Below are positions 39,014 to 48,853 of a stretch of 64,000 bases of DNA, in pieces. The notes below the pieces were generated by a model that saw only the letters and a program-made list of their open reading frames with translations, made no database searches and had not been told where the DNA came from. Each line of letters begins with the position of its first letter. Positions within the stretch are counted from its first letter, which is position 1. Position numbers and translations under genes: made by a program. This DNA is from Deltaproteobacteria bacterium (GTDB lineage Bacteria; JAMCPX01): NCBI GenBank assembly GCA_023382265.1, contig JAMCPX010000017.1, forward strand, positions 4,838 through 68,837. The letters run 5' to 3'.

Positions 39014-39760
39014 ATGAGAATGGAAGATCTGAAAATGATATTAACAGATGTAAAGAATCATAAAACGGACGTGCAGGATGCATTAAAGCTTATGAGCAAT
39101 TTACCTTATGTAGATATCGGATTTGCCAAGTATGATACGCATAGATTTTTAAGACAGGGTTTTCCGGAGGTAATCTTTGGTGAAGGTAAAACAGATAAAG
39201 AAACGGTTAAGTTGTGCAAAATAGCCGTTGAAAATGGCGGTATTGTTATGGTAACAAGAATAGTTAAAAAAACAGCAGACTATGTGAGTAAGCACATAGA
39301 TGGGTTTAAGTATCATACGGATGCGCGTATGCTTACCTACGTGAAGAGTAACGGCAAAAGGAGCAAAACAGGCATTCTCATTGTGACGGCAGGAACGGTT
39401 GATCGCTTTGTTGCTGAGGAGGCAAGAATTACAGCACAGATGTTTGGTAATACGGTAGATACGTCTTATGATGTGGGTGTTGCAGGGTTACATAGATTAC
39501 TTGATCAAATGGATAAAATAAAAAAAGCAAGGGTTATAGTTGTTGCTGCCGGTATGGATGGTGCGTTACCAAGTGTTGTGGGGGGACTTGTGGATAAACC
39601 GGTTATTGCTGTGCCGGTTAGTTCTGGTTATGGTGCAAGCTTTAAAGGACTTTCAAGTTTATTGACAATGCTTAACAGCTGTTCTCCAAATGTAGCTGTT
39701 GTAAATATAGATAATGGGTTTGGTGCCGGATTCATGGCATCCCTCATAAATAGGTTATAA
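39014..39760 (+). CDS. larB: nickel-pincer cofactor biosynthesis protein LarB (circularly permuted PurE-like NaAD carboxylase/hydrolase)
   Basis: Near-colinear match to LarB. Conserved blocks include GFAKYDTHRFLRQGFPEVIFGEGK, VTAGTVDRFVAEEA, YDVGVAGLHRL, AGMDGALPSVVGGLVDKPVIAVP and LLTMLNSCSPNVAVVNIDNGFGA. Confidence 0.85.
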   Translation: MRMEDLKMILTDVKNHKTDVQDALKLMSNLPYVDIGFAKYDTHRFLRQGFPEVIFGEGKTDKETVKLCKIAVENGGIVMVTRIVKKTADYVSKHIDGFKYHTDARMLTYVKSNGKRSKTGILIVTAGTVDRFVAEEARITAQMFGNTVDTSYDVGVAGLHRLLDQMDKIKKARVIVVAAGMDGALPSVVGGLVDKPVIAVPVSSGYGASFKGLSSLLTMLNSCSPNVAVVNIDNGFGAGFMASLINRL

Positions 39761-41437
39761 ATGCAGGAAAAGAATACTGAGATCAACGACCACACAAAAC
39801 AGATCCCGTCAGCAGAAGGGATAATACAAGAAATTTCTTCTACTTATGTAAGGCTTTCAAAAGCCTGCACCTATAAAGAGGTTCTCGAAATATTCTCAGA
39901 GGTTCTTTCAAAGGAACTTATAACGTTTGATGTAAGTATTATAGTCTTTACAGATCCGGATAAAGAACAGGGAAAGGTAATAGCAAGCAGTGAGATAAAA
40001 GATGAAAAGACGCTTCTTTTAGATATAAGAAAGTATCCGGAAATCAGGATATCCGTAAAAGAGAAAAGGGCATTGTTTATAGATGATATTAAAAATACTG
40101 ACTTTTTTAATGATGAGACAAAAAAAGTGATAATATCTAAAAATATACGCTCTACATTTGTAATACCCATATTTGATATGGATGAAATTATCGGCGTTGT
40201 TTTTGTAAGGTCTGAAGAACCTTTTTACCTCTCACCATTCCATCAAAGATACTATTTCAGACAGGCAAGTATGTTAACTGGTGCTATACTCAATATATCG
40301 AAATTAAATGCATTTGAACAGGCCGTAAAAAAGGCATCAGAACTTGTAAAATTAAAAGAGGAATACGAGTTTTTATTTGATGAATCAACAGAAGGATTAA
40401 TGTTGATTGACAGAGAAGGAAGAATAAATAATGTAAATAAAACGTTTCTCAAACTAACAGGTTATTCCAAAAAAGAAGTCATTGGCAGACATTACTCAGT
40501 GGCGATTGCAGACGATAGTTCAAAACTCATAGCTAATAAGATATTTTATGATTTTATTAACAAAAAGTTTACCGATCAATTTGATATCGATATTAAAACA
40601 AAAGCGGGTGAAATAAAATCATTTTCGATAAGGGCAACACCCCTAAAGGGGCGTAAGGATCTGTCACTTGTCTCTGTGAGAGACATTACAGAAGAAAAAC
40701 TATTAAGCAAAGAACTCCTAAAGACAACAGACTTACTTTTTAAAACCGTCAGCAGTTCGCCGGACTCAATCATAGCCGCTGATACAGGCGGGGACATTTT
40801 ACTTTTCAATGAAGAGGCGACCAAACTGTTTGGTTATTTTCAAGAAGAGGTTATTTCGCATTTTAATGTTACACAACTGTACCCCAATAATGTTGCAAAA
40901 GAGATTATGAAAATTCTCCGTGATAGCCCCGCAAAGTATGTTAGGAATTATCCTGTAAACGTCAAAACAAGGATAGGTGAAGAGATACCCGTTAGCCTGT
41001 CGGGGGCGATTGTTTATAATGATAAAGGCGAAGAACAAATGACGGTAGGTTATCTGAGGGATGAGCGTAAGAGGATCAAGATGGAAAAATCATTGGATGA
41101 GGCTTTATCAAGGCTTATAGAGGCAGAAAAGAGCGAGACTATGGCCGCGCTTGCAGGCGCATCAGCACATAAACTTAATCAGCCTCTTACAGTAATACAA
41201 GGGTATTCCGAACTCATAATTCAGCATTTAAAAGATAAAAACGATCCCATTTCTCAATATGCGGGAAAGGTTATGGCAGAGGTCGCAAAAATGTCGGATA
41301 TAATAAAGCAGATAAGTAAGATTACCAAGTATGAAACAAAATCTTATGCTGGTGGTGCAGTAATAGCAAAGATAGGTGATGGAGATAACAAGAGTGATAA
41401 CAATGACAAACCCGTAAAGATTCCTGAAAATAAGTAG
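39761..41437 (+). CDS. GAF-PAS-PAS sensor protein with a HisKA-like dimerisation/phosphoacceptor region but no HATPase_c domain
   Basis: GAF (roughly residues 20-180), two PAS folds, and an H-box-like segment (ALAGASAHKLNQPLTVIQGYSELI). Only about 90 residues follow, with no N/G1/G2 ATP-binding boxes. Confidence 0.65.
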   Translation: MQEKNTEINDHTKQIPSAEGIIQEISSTYVRLSKACTYKEVLEIFSEVLSKELITFDVSIIVFTDPDKEQGKVIASSEIKDEKTLLLDIRKYPEIRISVKEKRALFIDDIKNTDFFNDETKKVIISKNIRSTFVIPIFDMDEIIGVVFVRSEEPFYLSPFHQRYYFRQASMLTGAILNISKLNAFEQAVKKASELVKLKEEYEFLFDESTEGLMLIDREGRINNVNKTFLKLTGYSKKEVIGRHYSVAIADDSSKLIANKIFYDFINKKFTDQFDIDIKTKAGEIKSFSIRATPLKGRKDLSLVSVRDITEEKLLSKELLKTTDLLFKTVSSSPDSIIAADTGGDILLFNEEATKLFGYFQEEVISHFNVTQLYPNNVAKEIMKILRDSPAKYVRNYPVNVKTRIGEEIPVSLSGAIVYNDKGEEQMTVGYLRDERKRIKMEKSLDEALSRLIEAEKSETMAALAGASAHKLNQPLTVIQGYSELIIQHLKDKNDPISQYAGKVMAEVAKMSDIIKQISKITKYETKSYAGGAVIAKIGDGDNKSDNNDKPVKIPENK

Positions 41438-41446
41438 GACTTATGT

Positions 41447-42487
41447 ATGAACAGATTAACTAAAAAGCAAGCGATTGAAATGTTTAAATCGATGGATCTT
41501 CTGGAGCTTGGAAGGCTCGCCTATGAAAGGAGAATGCTTATTCATACCGAATCTATTGTAAGTTTTGTCATAGACACAAACATAAATTATACAAATGTCT
41601 GCGATGTTGGTTGTCTTTTTTGTGCTTTCTACAGGCCGCTTGGTCATCCCGATGCGTATGTTATGGATATAGATCAACTTCAACATAAGCTCGATATCGC
41701 TTATAAAAACGGCGTTACAACAGTGCTGCTTCAAGGCGGTATGCACCCTGATTTGGATCTTAACTATTATAAATCCATCATATCCTTTATAAGAGACAAT
41801 TACCCTTCTATGCATATTCATGCATTCTCACCTCCCGAGATTATTCGTATGACAGAAGTTTCCGGATTAAGTATTGGGGATGTGATTAAAGAACTGATTT
41901 CCGCTGGTCTCATGTCTATTCCTGGAGGAGGTGCGGAGATCCTTGTAGAAAGGGTAAGAAAGGCTATTAGTCCATCCAAACCCGATGTTGATAAGTGGTT
42001 TGATGTTATGGAGACAGCACATAATATTGGTATTCCAACAACAGCTACTATGATGTATGGACACGTTGAAACACCGGAAGAAATCATAGAACATCTTGAT
42101 CGTCTGCGTAAGTTGCAGGATAAGACAAATGGTTTTACGGCTTTTATTGCATGGGATTTTAAAACAGAGAATACGGTACTCGGTAAAAGAATCAGGATAC
42201 ACAGCAGTGCAGAAAAGTATCTTAGAATCGTTTCTATTGCAAGGTTATATCTGGATAACTTTGATAACATTCAGGCATCATGGTCATCACAGGGTAAGGA
42301 TATAGGACAGATTGCACTTTATTTTGGGGCAAATGATATAGGAAGTCTGCTTTTTGAAGAAAACGTAATGAGGCTTGCAGGCCATAGGATTACGGCACAG
42401 GCTAATGAGATTGTTGAGCTGATAAGAGAAGCCGGTTTTATACCTGTTCAGAGAAACACATCATATGAAACATTGAAGGTTTTCTAA
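41447..42487 (+). CDS. mqnC: cyclic dehypoxanthinyl futalosine synthase (radical SAM, futalosine menaquinone pathway)
   Basis: Colinear with MqnC: NYTNVCDVGCLFCAF radical-SAM cluster motif, LLQGGMHPDL, HAFSPPEI, IPGGGAEIL, TATMMYGHVET, FTAFIAWDF, and DNFDNIQASW. Confidence 0.85.
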   Translation: MNRLTKKQAIEMFKSMDLLELGRLAYERRMLIHTESIVSFVIDTNINYTNVCDVGCLFCAFYRPLGHPDAYVMDIDQLQHKLDIAYKNGVTTVLLQGGMHPDLDLNYYKSIISFIRDNYPSMHIHAFSPPEIIRMTEVSGLSIGDVIKELISAGLMSIPGGGAEILVERVRKAISPSKPDVDKWFDVMETAHNIGIPTTATMMYGHVETPEEIIEHLDRLRKLQDKTNGFTAFIAWDFKTENTVLGKRIRIHSSAEKYLRIVSIARLYLDNFDNIQASWSSQGKDIGQIALYFGANDIGSLLFEENVMRLAGHRITAQANEIVELIREAGFIPVQRNTSYETLKVF

Positions 42488-42555
42488 ACCCTTTAATGTC
42501 AGAGATACCGAACAGCTTTAACCCCAAAATTGCATTTAAAAAAAAGGAAAGCACA

Positions 42556-43707
42556 TTAACCCAACCTTTTTTTGAACCTGCTCACGCTGAGCAGGAAAAG
42601 AACAATGCCGAAGAAGGCAAGTGCAAGTGCATCAGGCCAGAGGATGTACATGCCGGACCCCTTCATGAATATATATCTGACAATAACGATAAAATATCTC
42701 AGAGGTATAAGGAATGTGAAATACTGTACTGCAACAGGCATGTTGTCTATGGGAGACATAACGCCTGAAAGCAGTATTATTGGCATGATAAGCAGCATGG
42801 ATATCATCATTGCCTGCTGTTGAGTCTTTGAAACGGTCGAGATCAGAAGACCGAGTCCGAGTGTTGTAAGCATAAAAAGTGCGGACAACAAAAATAAAAG
42901 TATAAAGCTGCCGTGTAACGGTATCTGGAACCAGAACACCGAGACCATTGTAACGAGAGTGATGTCGATCAAACTGATAATGGCAAATGGCAGGAGCTTG
43001 CCTGCTATGAGTTCTATGGGTTTTATCGGGGTTACGATAAGCTGTTCAATTGTGCCGCGTTCCTTTTCTTTTACTATAGCCATGGAGGTAAGCACTGTAC
43101 TTATGATCATGAGCACAAGTGCAAAAACACCTGGCACCATAAAGTCCATGCTCTTGAGAGTTGGGTTGTACCAGACCCTTGGCTGTATATCCAGAGGTGT
43201 AAAAGGTTTGAGTCCGGTTTTAGACATCTGTTCTGCCGAAAGTTCAAGAGCCCTGTTGGTTATGATTCTTTCCAAATATGACCTTACCATTGTTGCATAG
43301 ATGGCATTCGATCCATCAATGACAGTCTGTATGTATGCCTTTCTGTCCCCGTTTATGTCTCTCTCAAGACCTTCTGGTATAACAATGCCGACCATGTCTT
43401 CACCGTCATCAAGGCTTTTTCTCACATCTCGTATGGAAGGTACTCTGTTCTGTATTACAAAATATCCTGAAGCTGTAATGTCGTTAAGGATGGTCCTGCT
43501 CTGCATGCTCTGATCCATGTCGCAAACGACAACAGGCACCGATTTTACGTCCAATGTTGCTGCATATCCAAACAGTGTAAGCTGTATGATTGGTGCCATA
43601 AAGGCAATAAACAGCATACGTTTGTCGCGTCTCAACTGAATAAATTCCTTGCGTGCTATTGCCTTTACCCTTAACAAAAAAAGTTTCCAGTTAATCATAT
43701 CAATCAA
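42556..43707 (-). CDS. ABC-2 family transporter permease (YbhR/YbhS-like)
   Basis: N-terminal TM, a large periplasmic loop, and a C-terminal six-TM ABC-2 permease domain. Confidence 0.8.
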   Translation of the reverse strand: MIDMINWKLFLLRVKAIARKEFIQLRRDKRMLFIAFMAPIIQLTLFGYAATLDVKSVPVVVCDMDQSMQSRTILNDITASGYFVIQNRVPSIRDVRKSLDDGEDMVGIVIPEGLERDINGDRKAYIQTVIDGSNAIYATMVRSYLERIITNRALELSAEQMSKTGLKPFTPLDIQPRVWYNPTLKSMDFMVPGVFALVLMIISTVLTSMAIVKEKERGTIEQLIVTPIKPIELIAGKLLPFAIISLIDITLVTMVSVFWFQIPLHGSFILLFLLSALFMLTTLGLGLLISTVSKTQQQAMMISMLLIMPIILLSGVMSPIDNMPVAVQYFTFLIPLRYFIVIVRYIFMKGSGMYILWPDALALAFFGIVLFLLSVSRFKKRLG

Positions 43708-44845
43708 GGCTCTTCTTTGTTTTTAAGATGCACAGTGTCAACACGATAACCGAGATTAGGATCATGATCAGTATCTGTGGCATAAGAACAAACATGCTCG
43801 AATTTTTAAGAAAAATACCTCTCAAAACAACAAGAAAATATTTTGCTGGTACAACGTAAGAGAATATTCTTAATGCCAGAGGCATACTGTTTATGGGATA
43901 TATGAATCCCGACAGGAGCAGGGATGGCAGCATGGTGCCTACAAAGGACATCTGCATTGCGACCTGCTGGGATTTTGTTATGGCTGAAAACAGAAATCCT
44001 ATGCCCATGGCACTCACCAGAAATAAAAATGTTGTAAGTGTCAGGAGCAGAAGGTTCCCCTTTAGAGGTACGTGGAATACAAGCACAGCGATTAGCGTAA
44101 CAAGTGTCACCTGGATAAAGCCTATCACGATATAGGGAACAAGCTTACCTATAATAAGCTCGTATACTTTTACGGGTGAGACAATAAGCTGTTCCATTGT
44201 TCCCCGTTCATACTCGCGTGCAACGCTCTGGGATGTCATGAGGACTCCAAGGATCATAAGTATGGTCGCTATGAGTCCGGGTACAATGAAGTTCTCCGTC
44301 CGCAGTGTTTGATTATACCATATACGGAGACGCTGCGATAAAAGGGGAAAATTCCTTGAAAGACTGGAATCACCTTGTTTATTGAGCATACGCTTTGTAA
44401 TATCGAGGGAGTATCCCTGTGCTGCAGCTATAAAATAGCCGAGGGCAACACCGCCTACATTGGCATCCGTCCCATCGATAAGAAGCTGAACGCCGGCTGT
44501 TTTATCGGCATTTATATTGTCCGCAAAATCGGGCGGAATAATAATGCCTATCTTTATATCTCCTTTCTCAATCAGGGTATTGATCTCTGTTCTGCTGTTT
44601 GCATTATCTGCAATGAGAAAATATGAAGATGCTGTTACCGCACGTATGAGCTGTCTGCTCTCCTGGGTATGCGATTGATCGAAAATACCCATGGGTATAT
44701 GTTTAATATCAAAGCTTACCGCATAGCCAAACAGCAGCAGCTGTATAATGGGGATCAATATGACAACGGCAAGGCTGATGGGATCCCTTATGATCTGGAT
44801 GAATTCTTTTTTTATGACTGGTCTGAGCAGACTATGACTTTTCAT
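43700..44845 (-). CDS. ABC-2 family transporter permease (YbhR/YbhS-like), paralogue of the previous gene
   Basis: Same architecture; it overlaps its neighbours by 8 and 14 nt. Confidence 0.8.
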   Translation of the reverse strand: MKSHSLLRPVIKKEFIQIIRDPISLAVVILIPIIQLLLFGYAVSFDIKHIPMGIFDQSHTQESRQLIRAVTASSYFLIADNANSRTEINTLIEKGDIKIGIIIPPDFADNINADKTAGVQLLIDGTDANVGGVALGYFIAAAQGYSLDITKRMLNKQGDSSLSRNFPLLSQRLRIWYNQTLRTENFIVPGLIATILMILGVLMTSQSVAREYERGTMEQLIVSPVKVYELIIGKLVPYIVIGFIQVTLVTLIAVLVFHVPLKGNLLLLTLTTFLFLVSAMGIGFLFSAITKSQQVAMQMSFVGTMLPSLLLSGFIYPINSMPLALRIFSYVVPAKYFLVVLRGIFLKNSSMFVLMPQILIMILISVIVLTLCILKTKKSLD

Positions 44846-45788
44846 TTTTGTCTTCTTGTTTTATGAGACTTATGAATATATCCTCAAGGGAAGGCGGGAT
44901 CGTGTTTAACCTGTTTACCCTTACTCCGTGTTCTTTCATAAGCTGTAGAATGTTTTTTATGATCGGCTCTATTGTGTCTGCGTGTGTAGTGGTAACAGCA
45001 TGGATGAGCCTGCCGAAAAAGGACACCTCATCCATTGTTTCCATGGATTTTATAAGTTTCAGTGCTGCCGAGGGAGAGTCTGTATCAAGCTCTATAATTA
45101 TTCCCTTCATCTGAGTACGTTTTATTTCCAGAGGTGTTCCTGATGCAACCATCTTTCCGTTGTAAATAAAGCCAAGCCTTGTACAGTTTTCTGCCTCATC
45201 CATGTAATGGGTTGTTACGAACATGGTCATACCCTTTTGTGCAAGGCTGTAGATGAGATCCCAGAACATCCTTCGAGAATCCGGATCAACACCTGCTGTC
45301 GGCTCATCCAGGAACAGGATCCTCGGTTCATGGATGATGGAGCATCCGAGTGCAAGCCTCTGCTTCCATCCGGCAGAAAGAGTGGATGTTATGACTTGCT
45401 CCCTGCCTTCAAGTCCTGTCAATTTTATTATCTCCTTTTTTCTCACTTTTAATCTGCTGTCATCTATCCCGTATATATTCCCAAAAAAGTCTATATTCTC
45501 CGAGACCGACAGATCACTGTAAAGAGAAAACTTTTGAGACATGTACCCTATAGAACTTTTCACATCGTCCGGTTGCACTGCGATATCGAATCCCGCAACC
45601 CGTGCAGAACCAGAGCTCGGCAGAAGCAGGCCGCAGAGCATCTTTACGGTTGTTGTTTTTCCTGCACCGTTAGGACCCAGAAAACCAAATACCTCGCCCT
45701 TTTCAACGCTTAACGTTATATCGTCAACCGCTACAAAATCCCCGAATGATTTTCTTAAATTTGTTGCTTTAATAGGTGTTTCTATCAT
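44832..45788 (-). CDS. ABC transporter ATP-binding protein (second ATPase of a YbhF-like pair)
   Basis: Walker A (GPNGAGKTT), LSAGWKQRL signature, and Walker B (LFLDEPTAGVD). Confidence 0.9.
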   Translation of the reverse strand: MIETPIKATNLRKSFGDFVAVDDITLSVEKGEVFGFLGPNGAGKTTTVKMLCGLLLPSSGSARVAGFDIAVQPDDVKSSIGYMSQKFSLYSDLSVSENIDFFGNIYGIDDSRLKVRKKEIIKLTGLEGREQVITSTLSAGWKQRLALGCSIIHEPRILFLDEPTAGVDPDSRRMFWDLIYSLAQKGMTMFVTTHYMDEAENCTRLGFIYNGKMVASGTPLEIKRTQMKGIIIELDTDSPSAALKLIKSMETMDEVSFFGRLIHAVTTTHADTIEPIIKNILQLMKEHGVRVNRLNTIPPSLEDIFISLIKQEDKNEKS

Positions 45789-46711
45789 TCACGTTCCTTT
45801 TCAATGATAGATACAAAGACATCTTCGAGCGTCGGTGGTGTAAATCCTGTTTGCTCTACAGCAATACCGTTATTATTGAGGATCTGTTTAACATCGGTTA
45901 TATACCAGGGATCCTGTTTGTCTACATAAATATGGATTCTATCCCCGAGTATGTGTACATGCCTGTAATTGTCAATTACGTTAAGTATCTGTTTTGCGTG
46001 TAACGGTTCTTTTACTACAGCCTCAAGCATTGTGCCTTTAATAAGGATTTTAATATTCTGGGGTGTGTCAACGACAGGCATGATACCATTATTCATAAGT
46101 GCAATGGTTGTGCATCTGTCGGCCTCATCCATATACGGCGTTGACATCAGGACTGTCATACCCTGATGCAGAAATGAATCAAGTATCTGCCAGAACTCGC
46201 GCCTTGATACAGGATCAACGCCTGTTGTCGGTTCATCGAGTATGAGCAACTGTGGCTGATGAATAAGCGTACATGCAAGCCCGAGCTTCTGCTTCATACC
46301 GCCCGAGAGCTTGCCTGCGAGTCTTTTTGTGAACGGTTCGAGGTTTGTAAACTTCAACAAATAATCTTTTTGCCTTATGAAATTAGTCCGTTCAACAGAA
46401 CGAAGTGATGCGAAAAATTTGAGGTTTTCATCTACGGTAAGTTCTTCATAAAGGCTGAACCTCTGTGGCATGTATCCAATCATCATGCCCGTTTCAGCCT
46501 TACGTTTTACGGCATCGGTCCCGAATATCTTGATTGAACCGCTGTCCGGCGTCATAACACCGGTGAGCAGCCGTATGAGCGTTGTTTTACCAGCCCCATC
46601 GGGTCCTATGAGACCGAAGAGATCGCCTTTATTTATACGGAAATTCACGCCGCGTACAGCCTCCGCTTTATCAAAAGATTTTTTAAGCTCTGATGTCTCA
46701 ACAGCAAGCAT
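45785..46711 (-). CDS. ABC transporter ATP-binding protein (first ATPase of a YbhF-like pair)
   Basis: Walker A (GPDGAGKTT), LSGGMKQKL, and Walker B (LILDEPTTGVD). Confidence 0.9.
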   Translation of the reverse strand: MLAVETSELKKSFDKAEAVRGVNFRINKGDLFGLIGPDGAGKTTLIRLLTGVMTPDSGSIKIFGTDAVKRKAETGMMIGYMPQRFSLYEELTVDENLKFFASLRSVERTNFIRQKDYLLKFTNLEPFTKRLAGKLSGGMKQKLGLACTLIHQPQLLILDEPTTGVDPVSRREFWQILDSFLHQGMTVLMSTPYMDEADRCTTIALMNNGIMPVVDTPQNIKILIKGTMLEAVVKEPLHAKQILNVIDNYRHVHILGDRIHIYVDKQDPWYITDVKQILNNNGIAVEQTGFTPPTLEDVFVSIIEKERE

Positions 46712-47577
46712 TACTTGGTCTCAAATACTGCATCGGCCGGCATGCCAGGTTTAAGAAGCATTTGACTATTATTAATATAAACCTTTACTGCAAACACAAG
46801 CGCAGTCCTGTCTTCCTTTGTCTGGACATCATGTGGTGTGAACTCCGCTTTATTGGCTATTTGCTCAACAGTACCGTCAAAGGTCTTATTTGGAAAACTA
46901 TCGACACTTAAATGTACATGCTGTCCAAGCCATACCCTGCCGAGGTCTATGTCGCTGACATATATTTTTATCCACGGTCTGTTCAGATTGCCTATCGTGA
47001 ATATTGTTGAACCAGGCATGATAACGTCACCGCGTTCGTAATTTTTTGTTAAAACAACACCCGTGATTGGTGACGCAAGCATACCCTCATCATACTGGAT
47101 CTCCGCAAGTTTTAAGGCACTTTTGGCTTCTTGCTTCATTGCGATTGCAGCATTTAATTGTGCCTTTGTTGAGTCCGTTTGTGATTTAATAAGATCAAAC
47201 TGCTGCTTTGAAGCCCCTCCTTTTTTATAAAGTGCCTCGATCCTTTTCAGGTCTGTTGCTAAATATCTCAGCTGAGCCTGAGCCGATACGATCTGTGCAT
47301 TTGCTGCTTTAAGACTTGCCTGTGCCCTGTTTTCCCCGGCAGTTAGTTCGCGTGTTGTCAATCTTGCAATAACTTCATCATTATTGACTTTATCACCCTC
47401 ATCAACACCAAGCCACCCGATCCTTCCCGGGATTTTTGAAGCAACGTTATATTCTGTAACCTCTATGGTCCCGCTGCCTGTTACGAGATTTGCGTTTTTA
47501 TTTGAGCAAGAAACGGTAATAAAACCTAACATACCGATAAACGTAAAAAACAATATATACGGTTTTCTAAACATCAT
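46711..47577 (-). CDS. HlyD-family periplasmic adaptor (YbhG-like)
   Basis: Signal/anchor, a coiled-coil hairpin, and a beta-barrel/lipoyl-like C-terminus. Confidence 0.8.
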   Translation of the reverse strand: MMFRKPYILFFTFIGMLGFITVSCSNKNANLVTGSGTIEVTEYNVASKIPGRIGWLGVDEGDKVNNDEVIARLTTRELTAGENRAQASLKAANAQIVSAQAQLRYLATDLKRIEALYKKGGASKQQFDLIKSQTDSTKAQLNAAIAMKQEAKSALKLAEIQYDEGMLASPITGVVLTKNYERGDVIMPGSTIFTIGNLNRPWIKIYVSDIDLGRVWLGQHVHLSVDSFPNKTFDGTVEQIANKAEFTPHDVQTKEDRTALVFAVKVYINNSQMLLKPGMPADAVFETK

Positions 47578-47628
47578 TCAGAACTCCTTTATTTGCTTTT
47601 ATATATTCCTCATACTCTTTTTTATTGT

Positions 47629-48249
47629 CTAAATTTTATTAAAAAGAGACCTTGCTTTATTCGACAAAACACCATTAAAAAAGATACTTATTATACCCCT
47701 GAAGGCGTCTTCTGTTGAAAAGGGTTCATTGATCAAAATTTCGGGGGTAATTATTCCCTCAACAGCAGAGGTAAGCATGAGCAAGCTTAAATCCTTTTGA
47801 ATATCGTTTCTTATGATCCCGAGTTTTATACCTTCATCAAGGATATTTTCAAAAATCGGAAACACCTCCTGCTTTCGGTAAAGTTCTATCTTTTTCCACA
47901 GATCAGGCCTGTGTTTTATGAGGTCTTGTTGAGCCGTTTTATTCATTCCCGATAAAAACCTACTGATAAATTCGCAGAGCCTGTAAAGACGATCAAGATA
48001 AGCACCAGGTTCACTCGTGATCTCTTGAAGTTTGTTTTTCACAGAAAGCACATTCCATTTATAAACTGCATCTGCAATCTCGTCTTTACTTGTAAAATAT
48101 CTGTAAAGGGTCTTCTTGCTTATCCCGAGCTCTTTGCTCAGTTCATCAACAGTAACCTTTGAAAAACCAAAACGTGGGAACAACTCTGCTGCCTTCTCAA
48201 CAATCCTCTGTTTTATATCCGTTTTTGTATTTATTTTATGTTTAACCAT
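47629..48249 (-). CDS. TetR-family transcriptional regulator (CecR/YbiH-like position)
   Basis: N-terminal TetR HTH (FSKVTVDELSKELGISKKTLYRYF). Confidence 0.8.
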   Translation of the reverse strand: MVKHKINTKTDIKQRIVEKAAELFPRFGFSKVTVDELSKELGISKKTLYRYFTSKDEIADAVYKWNVLSVKNKLQEITSEPGAYLDRLYRLCEFISRFLSGMNKTAQQDLIKHRPDLWKKIELYRKQEVFPIFENILDEGIKLGIIRNDIQKDLSLLMLTSAVEGIITPEILINEPFSTEDAFRGIISIFFNGVLSNKARSLFNKI

Positions 48250-48479
48250 AACTATCGCTTATAATTTAAAATAAACACCTTATTCTTTGTCCGAATACTA
48301 TAATGCAAATAAAATAATACTGTATGGAAAATAAGTCAACTATTAAAGTATTTTTAGTTTCCTTATAGGTAAACTGCTCTAAAAATATCGGACAGTTTTT
48401 TACTCACTATATTCTTTCTTCAATGTGCCGGTAAAAAAGGATAAGATATAACTCTTTACTGGATGCTGAAACAATATCG

Positions 48480-48662
48480 CTATATTGAATTCCCTATCTT
48501 GTATCCCAGCCATATTCCGATAATACCGCCAACCGCACTGAATACCATAGAAGATATGGAGAATACACTCCCTCCCCAAAGGGAAGGGACAAAACTACCA
48601 ATTGTTGAACCGATAAAAAGCCCTAAGCCAATAAACAACTTAACAACTTTATTCATGTGCAT
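48480..48662 (-). CDS. GlsB/YeaQ/YmgE-family small stress membrane protein
   Basis: 60 aa, Gly-rich with two TM helices (LFIGLGLFIGSTIGSF...VFSAVGGIIGIWLGYKIG). Confidence 0.5.
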   Translation of the reverse strand: MHMNKVVKLFIGLGLFIGSTIGSFVPSLWGGSVFSISSMVFSAVGGIIGIWLGYKIGNSI

Positions 48663-48853
48663 AAGATAAACAATGTATATGAAAAGTAAAGCGGTTGATT
48701 TGATTCTTGCCCCTGATTTTTAAGGAATAGTGACCTGTTAATTCACTTGGATCTGTGTTTTTCGGGTTAATTGTCTTTATAAATCTTCGATAAAGTTGGG
48801 ATGACAAGTAAAATGACTTAAGGATACTTGAAAGTTTCTTATTTAGTTATACA

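Noticed and set aside
42496-42768. 90-aa plus-strand ORF overlapping the 3' end of the ABC-2 permease
   Set aside because: It is antisense to a well-supported permease gene, and a bidirectional hairpin at about 42575-42595 explains the local sequence.
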